Both the position numbers and the translations under genes were made by a program. From Promethearchaeia archaeon (GTDB lineage Archaea; Asgardarchaeota; Lokiarchaeia; Sigyniarchaeales; SOKP01), in the NCBI GenBank assembly GCA_029856045.1, contig JAHQWG010000037.1, forward strand, positions 1-24,450: a stretch of DNA of 24,450 nt, given 5' to 3'. The notes under the pieces are model-generated. The model was not told the origin of the DNA. It saw only the letters and a program-made list of their open reading frames with translations, and did not search any database. Shown piece by piece: positions 17,682 to 24,450 of this stretch; position 1 is the stretch's first letter; each line of letters begins with the position of its first letter.

Positions 17682-18362
17682 TTGTTAATATTGATATTTC
17701 AGGAATCAAATAACTTTCTTGATTTTTTAATTTATCCTTTAGGATCAACAATTTTTGTTATGTTATTATCACTAACCATTGCACTTTTTTCTTCATTTTT
17801 AACAAAGAAATTAGTTGATACTGAAGAATTAGAGAGAAAACAGAAGCTTATTAAAAAACATAAAGAGGAAAAGAAAAAAATAATTGCACTCGCAGATACA
17901 AACCCAAAACAATATAGAAAGAAAGTAGTTAAGTGGAAAAGAAAGGAACAATTCATAAAAAACATCGAACAAGGGATGAGTTTACAGCGAATGAAACCTA
18001 TGTGTATCACTTTTTTACCGATGATGATAATGTTTGGAGTTATGAATCTTATTTTTGGTAGAAACCCCATTGCTTGTACACCCATGAATGCAAACGATGT
18101 CCCTTTAATTGGTGAATATATTTGGGCTGCAACAAATATCAATGAACTCCCGCCTGCATGGACTGCATTAGTTTGGGGGGAAGCACGTCATATTGGTCAA
18201 TTCGAAGGATGGATTGGTTTTACTGCGTGGTATTTCTTGAACTCCTTTTTTTTTAATACAATAATCAATCGATTATTAGGAATACAATCACAAACTACTG
18301 GTGGTATGGAAGGAATGTTTAAGGGAATGGGAGCAGAAGCACAAGACTTTCCTGATATATAA
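17682..18362 (+). CDS. EMC3/TMCO1 (DUF106, Oxa1-superfamily) membrane insertase-like protein
   Basis: TM1, basic coiled coil, MKPMCITFLP, then GFTAWYFLNS motif; lies directly after secY; SD AGGAGG before TTG. Confidence 0.9.
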   Translation: MLILIFQESNNFLDFLIYPLGSTIFVMLLSLTIALFSSFLTKKLVDTEELERKQKLIKKHKEEKKKIIALADTNPKQYRKKVVKWKRKEQFIKNIEQGMSLQRMKPMCITFLPMMIMFGVMNLIFGRNPIACTPMNANDVPLIGEYIWAATNINELPPAWTALVWGEARHIGQFEGWIGFTAWYFLNSFFFNTIINRLLGIQSQTTGGMEGMFKGMGAEAQDFPDI

Positions 18363-18403
18363 AGTTATTTTTTATTATTTAATATTTAATTAATATAGAA
18401 ATA

Positions 18404-18523
18404 TGGCGCAGATGGAGGGACTTGAACCCCCGAGCGCTTACGCGCACTGGCTTTACAGGTAAAATAATTTCTAACTATTTAATCGCTCCAAGCCAGCGTC
18501 TTACCAGTCTAGGCTACATCTGC
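18404..18523 (-). tRNA. tRNA-Ser(GGA) with 33-nt intron (18453-18485 if at 37/38), encoded CCA
   Basis: Acceptor GCAGATG/CATCTGC, G73 then CCA; anticodon stem CTGGC/GCCAG with loop TT-GGA-G|A; long variable arm GCGC-GTAA-GCGC; T arm GGGGG-TTCAAGT-CCCTC. Mature length 87 nt. Confidence 0.88.
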
Positions 18524-18555
18524 TTATTGTATAATTTTAATATTCTTTTTAATAA

Positions 18556-18569
18556 TTATTAAATTTTGG
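18556..18569 (-). promoter_or_regulatory. Candidate BRE/TATA for the tRNA gene
   Basis: CCAAAA-TTTAATAA on the minus strand, about 33 nt upstream of the mature tRNA 5' end. Confidence 0.45.
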
Positions 18570-18626
18570 ATAATTAGAAAATGAAAATTAAGCATTAATT
18601 AAAAAATGAGTGTGTTGAAATGGAAG

Positions 18627-18899
18627 TCATAATGTGATTTTTATTATTTCTTTCATTTTTTCTTCTATTTTTGCACTTTTAATTGCCTTTTCTATATCTT
18701 CATGTTTAGCTCCTTTAGAAATTTTGACTATTTCTTTTAATGGCTCTAAGTGTTTAAAATTAACTCTTCTTCTTTTAACTACAAGTCCATCAACAAGAAC
18801 GAAATTTTTATCAATAATTTCGACGATTATGCATTTTTTTCCAGCTTCTCTTCCAGTTGTCTTTACGCAGACTCTTCCTATTTCGTATATTGTGCTCAT
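18627..18899 (-). CDS. rpl14e: 50S ribosomal protein L14e (eL14)
   Basis: EIGRVCVKTTGREAGKKCIIVEIIDKNFVLVDG...KRRRVNFKHLEP. Confidence 0.97.
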   Translation of the reverse strand: MSTIYEIGRVCVKTTGREAGKKCIIVEIIDKNFVLVDGLVVKRRRVNFKHLEPLKEIVKISKGAKHEDIEKAIKSAKIEEKMKEIIKITL

Positions 18900-18995
18900 T
18901 TTTATGATTCACAACTTTTTTAATTTAATATTATCAATAATTTTTGAAATAATAATTTTTTTATTTTTGAGAGAAAAAAGTATTATTTTTAAAAT

Positions 18996-19529
18996 TTAAG
19001 ATTTTTTAATTTTAGCAACAATTTTTTCCACAGTTTCTTCAATTGATAATTTTTCTGTATCAATTATGATATTATATAATTCTCTTATTACTTTTTCATC
19101 TTGTAAATCGATATTATATAATTTTTTAAATCTTCTTGCTTCACTCAATTCTCTGCGTAATGTCTCATCAATTTTCTCTTTATAATTAGTTTCATCTCGG
19201 TTACTCATTCTTTTTACACGGGTCTCAAGAGGACAACGAAGTATTATTTTAAAATTTGCATTATCCTTAAGAATGTAAGCACTTAATTGGCTATCAATAA
19301 TGATATTCCCCATAATTGCGATATTATTTATCTTTTTATCCAGCATAATATCTATTTTTGGATTTTTTTCAGCAAATTCAGTAAATTCTTTAAGAGACAT
19401 ATTTTGTTCTTTTGCAAGTTCCCTGAAAGCATCACCTGTAGAATAATAACGTAAATTAAAAATTTCAGCGATTTTTTTACCTATTGTTGATTTCCCTGTT
19501 CCATGAAGTCCAGAGATAGTAATTATCAA
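18996..19529 (-). CDS. cmk: Archaeal cytidylate kinase
   Basis: IITISGLHGTGKST P-loop, STGDAFRELAKE, RELSEARRFKKLYNID; sits between eL34 and eL14 as is usual in archaea. Confidence 0.93.
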   Translation of the reverse strand: MIITISGLHGTGKSTIGKKIAEIFNLRYYSTGDAFRELAKEQNMSLKEFTEFAEKNPKIDIMLDKKINNIAIMGNIIIDSQLSAYILKDNANFKIILRCPLETRVKRMSNRDETNYKEKIDETLRRELSEARRFKKLYNIDLQDEKVIRELYNIIIDTEKLSIEETVEKIVAKIKKS

Positions 19530-19565
19530 AAAATCACTTAATAAATTATTGTTCCAATAAAATAA

Positions 19566-19841
19566 TTAAGATTCCTCAGCCCAAACTGATTCTTGAATCA
19601 ATTTTTGAAGGCAAGAAACACAAAATTTTCCACTATAGGGTCTTGTTGCCTTACGGGCAGTCTTAGGAATTTTTTTCATTTGCGAAGGTCTAACTCGTGG
19701 GATACCTTGCAGAGGGCGTTTGCAGAGCATACAATGAGCTTTTTTTGGTTTTCTCCGCGAATAATGAATAACATTCTTATTTCCGGGTGTTGTTCTCTTA
19801 ATGCGTGCTAAAGAATGACTTCGATATGCTGGTTTTACCAT
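19566..19841 (-). CDS. rpl34e: 50S ribosomal protein L34e (eL34)
   Basis: RTTPGN...HY...AHCMLCKRPLQGIP...RPYSGKFCVSC. Confidence 0.96.
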   Translation of the reverse strand: MVKPAYRSHSLARIKRTTPGNKNVIHYSRRKPKKAHCMLCKRPLQGIPRVRPSQMKKIPKTARKATRPYSGKFCVSCLQKLIQESVWAEES

Positions 19842-19973
19842 ATTTAAGCATAACTAATTTTTTAATATTTATTCGAATAATTATTTTTACTAAATATTAT
19901 CAATTTAATTAATTTTATCCTTTTCTAAATATTTAATTTAAAGCATTATATAATTGATTAAACAATACCGAAA

Positions 19974-20612
19974 TCAGAGATTTAATTTGTTTTTAAACTC
20001 TTTAAAAATTGAATAAATTTTTTCTGCCAAATTATCTTGTTCTTGAGGTGTTTGCATAATATCATCAGGTAATTTTTTAATTTTTGTATAAAATGAATCA
20101 ATTTTTTCTTTAATTGAATCAAGCCCAGGAAATTTTTCTAAAGAGATTAATAAATCAAGAAATAATTTTTTTAGTAATTTACCAGTTGCAACATCTCTTA
20201 ATTTCAATGCGTCCATCAAGGTAATAAAACTACTAGTAATTTCTGTTGAGATTCCTGGTAACTCTAAAACTGCTTGTTGAAGTTTAGGTCTTAGATTTTC
20301 ATCCGCTTTTTTATAATTTGTATCTACTTGGCTTGGATTAAATTTCAAGTTAGAAACATTGTTAATTATGTCAATAGCTTGATGATAATCTTCAGAGAAT
20401 CCCATTTTTTCTAAAAATATATTTAAATTTATCCCCTTATCTTGTAATGAGAAATTAAATTGAATTAATTCTTGGATTGTGGACTTTATTGATTTTAAGT
20501 AGAAATTTTCTTGAATTTCTCCTTTTGAATATTTATTATGAATATTTAAGATAGTTTTAACTAAGGCGAATAGTTCTGATTCAATTTCAAGGATTGATTT
20601 CTGGTTTTTCAT
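19974..20612 (-). CDS. vps28: ESCRT-I subunit Vps28 homolog (N-terminal core and C-terminal four-helix bundle)
   Basis: N-terminal SELFALVKTI...KYSKGEIQENFY resembles the Vps28 aELySii.tl..lEkaY.kd.I....Y pattern. C-terminal EITSSFITLMDALKL...LFLDLLISL matches the Vps28 FITxMDALKL signature. Confidence 0.88.
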   Translation of the reverse strand: MKNQKSILEIESELFALVKTILNIHNKYSKGEIQENFYLKSIKSTIQELIQFNFSLQDKGINLNIFLEKMGFSEDYHQAIDIINNVSNLKFNPSQVDTNYKKADENLRPKLQQAVLELPGISTEITSSFITLMDALKLRDVATGKLLKKLFLDLLISLEKFPGLDSIKEKIDSFYTKIKKLPDDIMQTPQEQDNLAEKIYSIFKEFKNKLNL

Positions 20613-20633
20613 ACAAATCTATTTTTAAATTTA

Positions 20634-21581
20634 TTATAAAGTTCCAAGAATCGTTGGTTTTAATAAGAAAAATATTATAGCGGTTATTATACCTATAGAA
20701 ACAGAGGACAAATATACTCGGTAAGTAGATGAATTGGCGAGTTCTCTGATTGCAATTGTCATATTCATTGGGATCCAAACAATTAACACAATGGCATCGA
20801 GAATATCTAACACCATCCAAGTTGGAGATTGAAAAAATGTGCTAAATACAGTGCTGTAAGAAGAAAAGTCAAAGGGGAGGGATATTTGTTGGTTAGGTAT
20901 TGCAATTAGGATAATTAAGACTTTTATAAATCCTGTAATTATAAGAGGCGTAAAAGCACAGAATAACATATTATATTTATTAGCTTCTTGTTTTTGAAGG
21001 AGAGTTCCTGATTTATATATGCTAAATACAGATGCTTCTTCTGCCAATTTTCCCTTTTCTTTCTTATCTTTGTCTTTTCTTTTCCCAAACCGATCCTCCA
21101 ATCTTTCAGTGAAACCTATAGAGTAATTTGCTCCTTTTATAAAAAAGTAGGATAAAACTATAAGAAGCAAAAAGTAATAAACAAAGCCAAAGGCAAGAAA
21201 TGCTATATAAACAGATAAAAAATAACCAAATAATATAGTTACATCATAAGGATTAACAGGAGTTCCATTTATATCAATAATTTGAAAATGTGAAAATAAT
21301 GCTAACCCAAAAAGGCCATAAATCAATGAATTAAAAAGAATGATAAAAATCCCGGGGGCGGAATCTCGCTTATGATTAATATCCCAGAATGCTTTCGCAG
21401 GATTGATGATTAAGAGATAGAATTTAGTCAGAAAACTCTCTGGATTGCTCCATTCTGCTTCATATCTCTTAAAAAAAAGAAATTTTTCAATGCGTTCTAC
21501 GCGCAATCTTTTACCACAGAAAGAGCAGACATAACTTCCAGAAGGGGGGCTATTCCCGCACCTTGGGCAACGAATCGACAA
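20634..21581 (-). CDS. Zinc-ribbon + Yip1-like multi-pass membrane protein
   Basis: CPRCG-x8-CSFCG zinc ribbon; Yip1-like LLIINPAKAFWDI opening; about 5 TM segments; TTG start. Confidence 0.65.
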   Translation of the reverse strand: MSIRCPRCGNSPPSGSYVCSFCGKRLRVERIEKFLFFKRYEAEWSNPESFLTKFYLLIINPAKAFWDINHKRDSAPGIFIILFNSLIYGLFGLALFSHFQIIDINGTPVNPYDVTILFGYFLSVYIAFLAFGFVYYFLLLIVLSYFFIKGANYSIGFTERLEDRFGKRKDKDKKEKGKLAEEASVFSIYKSGTLLQKQEANKYNMLFCAFTPLIITGFIKVLIILIAIPNQQISLPFDFSSYSTVFSTFFQSPTWMVLDILDAIVLIVWIPMNMTIAIRELANSSTYRVYLSSVSIGIITAIIFFLLKPTILGTL

Positions 21582-21785
21582 GAATGTTCTTCCTTTATTT
21601 TATAATTTTTGTTATATTATAGATATCGTATTTTTTATTTTTATTTTTATTTCATTATTATTTACCCAGAAAATTTCAACTTTAAATTTTTATTGTGAAT
21701 AAATAATTAAAGTGAAGAATTTCTGATGCTTTAAGAAAAAAAATAAAAAAAAGTATAGAAAATTAAATAGAAATTAGGTTTTATT

Positions 21786-22022
21786 TTACCTAGTAGCATT
21801 TCGAATATCTAAAGCAGTAATACGCTTCCTTTTTGCAGCTTTGGTTAATTTAATAGACTCTTTAGTAATATCAGCTGCCGCATTTTCTAAATATCCAATT
21901 AATTTATCAAGAGCTTCTGCTGCTACTAGACTAGCACCTTCTGCTTTCATTAAGCGTCTAATAGGTGCTTTTGCGATATAAGCTGCACTTTTTTTCTTTA
22001 CAGCTTCTTTCTTTTTTGCCAT
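21786..22022 (-). CDS. Archaeal histone with short Lys-rich N-terminal tail
   Basis: Histone fold IAKAPIRRLMKAEGASLVAAEA...AKRKRITALDI. ATG at 22022 follows SD GGAGG (22031-22035); tail MAKKKEAVKKKSAA. Confidence 0.93.
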   Translation of the reverse strand: MAKKKEAVKKKSAAYIAKAPIRRLMKAEGASLVAAEALDKLIGYLENAAADITKESIKLTKAAKRKRITALDIRNATR

Positions 22023-22101
22023 AATATATTCCTCCAATTTTTTTTTATTATAATACTATTTTTTGAAAAATTTTTTTCTAAATAAACCTATACCTTTCTA
22101 A

Positions 22102-22116
22102 TATATAAATTTCACG
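22102..22116 (-). promoter_or_regulatory. BRE/TATA promoter of the histone gene
   Basis: CGTGAAA-TTTATATA on the minus strand, about 80 nt upstream of the ATG; near-consensus archaeal promoter. Confidence 0.6.
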
Positions 22117-22280
22117 ATTCCCACAACAATAATCTTTAATTCTATTATATTTTTTTAATCAATTGCAAATAATTTCAATGTAAAAATACCGACAAAATAA
22201 AAAATCCATTTAAAAAAAAAAACATTAAATATAAATAATTGAATCAAGATTTATTAAAAGAAGAAATAATTTTCTTCACT

Positions 22281-23345
22281 TCAAATTGTTTTTTCTTTCA
22301 GATTTACAAGAATTCCATTATTCTCTTTTAAAATTTTATATTCTTTCAAATTAAATTTTTGGAGTAATTCTAAATTTGTCTTTAGATGACTTGTTATTTC
22401 AGAAACTCTTATTTGAGATTCTCCATTAGCAATTGTCATAATTGGAATCAACTGATCAGCTAGATAATTATCCACGGGTATTTTATTTTTAATATAGGAA
22501 ATAATTTCATTTGCAGCACGTTTTCCTACCTTTTCGGACGAAACACCTCTTTCTCCCAAGATTGTTCCTGAACTAATAATTGCATTTGCATCTGACTCAG
22601 CCCACAAACAAACACCTACTCCAGTACTATATGTTTTTACATATTTTGTAAAAATAAAAGATTCTAGATTTAATTTTTGTTTTAATTCAGTCTCTATAGT
22701 TTTTTTAATACGTTCTGCAACTTGTGGTTTCTTTAAAGATTCTGCGCATATAATTTGACCTTTTATTTGGCTAACTTTTCCTAAATCAACGATCTCTATC
22801 GGTTTTATTGGTTGTGCAGGACCATTTATTGTGAAATACAAGTGTGCACCACCTTTAGGATAAAATCCATGACGAAGTATTTTTAAATTGATTTTATAAC
22901 CCACTTGTTCATAAATCTTAAAAAGAACATTTGTTAAAAAAGAAGTTCCTGGTGCCCATTTTCCAAAGGTTCCGCCACCTTTTATTTCAATATCAATTTT
23001 TTTTCCAGAACCTAACCTGATACATGCAATTTGAACCGGTTGGAGCAATAAAGCAACATTTCCCGCTGTTTCAACATTTATAATTAAATTTTCCTTAAAC
23101 TCATCCCCAGGAGAAAATTCAATTTCTGTGGTCCCTACTGTAGATTTAGATAAATATCCACCAGTAAGTTTTTCCAATATTTGCAATCCGCGTAAGTGTT
23201 GTAATCGTAATCCCGGTTTTGGTCTGTTTGCCCTAATATTTTTAACTATTATTGGGATTTGTTTTAACACAGAAAAGCCTGATGATAACCGTAATATCGA
23301 TCCACCCCCCTCAAGAAGTGATCCATCAATAGCTAACGGTTCCAT
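22281..23345 (-). CDS. rtcA: RNA 3'-terminal phosphate cyclase
   Basis: IDGSLLEGGGSILR, RPKPGLRLQH, GFYPKGG, LADQLI and catalytic His in ITSHLKTN. Confidence 0.95.
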   Translation of the reverse strand: MEPLAIDGSLLEGGGSILRLSSGFSVLKQIPIIVKNIRANRPKPGLRLQHLRGLQILEKLTGGYLSKSTVGTTEIEFSPGDEFKENLIINVETAGNVALLLQPVQIACIRLGSGKKIDIEIKGGGTFGKWAPGTSFLTNVLFKIYEQVGYKINLKILRHGFYPKGGAHLYFTINGPAQPIKPIEIVDLGKVSQIKGQIICAESLKKPQVAERIKKTIETELKQKLNLESFIFTKYVKTYSTGVGVCLWAESDANAIISSGTILGERGVSSEKVGKRAANEIISYIKNKIPVDNYLADQLIPIMTIANGESQIRVSEITSHLKTNLELLQKFNLKEYKILKENNGILVNLKEKTI

Positions 23346-23350
23346 AGAAT

Positions 23351-24450
23351 TTAATTCCTATTCAATTTTTTAATTCTTTCAATTCCATCAATTTTTTCAA
23401 TTAATTTAATCACAGGCTTAGGAACTAATTCAGTCCATTTATTATCATTTTTTGAAATTAGTTCTCTAATATAAGCTCCATTAAATTCATCTTTATGATA
23501 GTATTTTGGTTTTACAATCTCGCACTTTTTTCCTAAAAAAAGATTTCTTATCCACTCATTGGGTGTATATATGATGTCAAAATCGCCGACAATCTTGAAG
23601 ATATTATCAACCCATTTTTTTGCATCATACATGTCCGGAATTTCATAGAAAGTAATTTTTTTAAAATCTATGCCGGTTTTTTTTAAGGATTCAGTAATAA
23701 AACTTTTTCGTTCTTTAAAATTAAAGGGATTCATTTTTGTATTATATTCTTGAGAACTCCCTATTCCGATTTTCAGTTGTTTATTTTCTTCTATTATTGT
23801 TTTAATAATATGTAAATGTCCATAATGAAATGGTTGGAATCTCCCAATAAATAATGCACATCGATTTTTTTTATCTAATTCAGGTTGTTCTTTAAAAAGG
23901 TTAATTATATCCATATTTATAAAAATGTTCCACAATTTTTTAGTTATCGAGATAAAATTTTTTGTTTTTAATAATTGACTCAGCTCATCTTTAGAGTAAA
24001 ATCGACTAGATTCAATATCAACTTCATTAGGATTTAAATGAATATTAGAGTCAATTAAGGCAATAAAGATATAACTTATCTCAAAAGACTCTTCAGGTTC
24101 TGGTTGCATGGAATAGAACTTAATTTTTTGCGGATATACTCCCATCTCTTCAAATAGTTCCCTCTCAGACTCTTGAATAATATCTTTAAAACTTAATTTT
24201 TTCTTGTAATTAATATGTCCAGAAGCTGAATCCGTATAAAAATTTGGATAAACCTTTTTATTTTTACTTCTTTTTTGGATTAAATATTTAACCTCTCCAT
24301 TCTTATCAATAAAAAACGCAAAAATCCGAACGATAAGATGGTATAGATTCTTTTCGTGAACAATTTTTCTTTTTTCCGGAAAGATATAAGGAGATATTTT
24401 ACCTGTATGTAGATATTTAATATCCTCTTTATTAATGCATGCTAAAAGTT
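23351..24450 (-). CDS. Nudix (IDI/YfcD-like) domain fused to NMN adenylyltransferase (NadM-type); 5'-truncated by window
   Basis: The frame is open from 24448 through the ORF-track ATG: ...VHEKNLYHLIVRIF...YLIQKRSKNKKVYPNFYTDSASGH...SERELFEEMG. The C-terminal domain has FIGRFQPFHYGH, IGIGSSQ, NPFNFKER and NGAYIRELI. Confidence 0.88.
   Translation of the reverse strand, partial: LLACINKEDIKYLHTGKISPYIFPEKRKIVHEKNLYHLIVRIFAFFIDKNGEVKYLIQKRSKNKKVYPNFYTDSASGHINYKKKLSFKDIIQESERELFEEMGVYPQKIKFYSMQPEPEESFEISYIFIALIDSNIHLNPNEVDIESSRFYSKDELSQLLKTKNFISITKKLWNIFINMDIINLFKEQPELDKKNRCALFIGRFQPFHYGHLHIIKTIIEENKQLKIGIGSSQEYNTKMNPFNFKERKSFITESLKKTGIDFKKITFYEIPDMYDAKKWVDNIFKIVGDFDIIYTPNEWIRNLFLGKKCEIVKPKYYHKDEFNGAYIRELISKNDNKWTELVPKPVIKLIEKIDGIERIKKLNRN

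Noticed and set aside
18404-18523. Annotating the tRNA as tRNA-Tyr or tRNA-Leu
   Set aside because: G1-C72, G73 and the long variable arm fit Ser. Archaeal Tyr needs C1-G72/A73 and a short arm, and Leu uses A73.
9711-23345. Selenocysteine read-through at TGA-ending genes (Nudix, eL14, Vps28, RtcA)
   Set aside because: The proteins appear complete at the TGA, none is a known selenoprotein family, and no SECIS-like hairpin was recognised.
7024-23373. Other short overlapping ORFs (7024, 9784, 11786, 13579, 17298, 17732, 18634, 19593, 20587, 23128)
   Set aside because: All overlap confidently identified genes on the opposite strand or in another frame and show no recognisable motifs.
23900-24450. 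Isopentenyl-diphosphate isomerase call for the Nudix domain
   Set aside because: The catalytic Cys position reads SASGH, so only the fold subfamily is supported.
1-24450. CRISPR arrays, IS elements, integrases, rRNA
   Set aside because: No regularly spaced repeats, transposase/integrase motifs or long GC-rich non-coding tracts were seen, and no duplicated tRNA 3' end (att site) was noticed in the window.

Overview
AT-rich archaeal window, very probably from an Asgard archaeon of the Lokiarchaeia/Promethearchaeota type. The call rests on archaeal SecY, RpoN, eS6/eL24/eL14/eL34, Fae-Hps and a histone, together with eukaryotic-signature proteins (full-length Vps28, a gelsolin-domain protein). 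The left half is mostly metabolic/accessory: partial Fe-ADH, a nonsense-broken gene, cupin, GPH-type MFS transporter, V4R-like protein, long HtpX, flavin oxidoreductase, Nudix, MBL hydrolase, Fae-Hps, UDP-glucose dehydrogenase. The right half holds shuffled fragments of the archaeal ribosomal superoperon (eS6-eL24, rpoN, secY-DUF106 converging on eL34-cmk-eL14-tRNA-Ser), followed by a zinc-ribbon/Yip1-like gene paired with vps28, a tailed histone, rtcA and a Nudix-NMNAT fusion running off the end. Most striking: (1) an 848-aa TrmB-like protein whose two head domains are separated by a ~610-residue, 11-residue-periodic rod with a basic amphipathic segment at its midpoint, suggesting an SMC-length hairpin arm; (2) the Yip1-like/Vps28 gene pair; (3) an intron-containing tRNA-Ser with no good bulge-helix-bulge and a Tyr-type anticodon loop hidden at its 3' splice junction. 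No mobile elements or CRISPR arrays were seen. All family calls come from motif recognition by eye, not from database searches.
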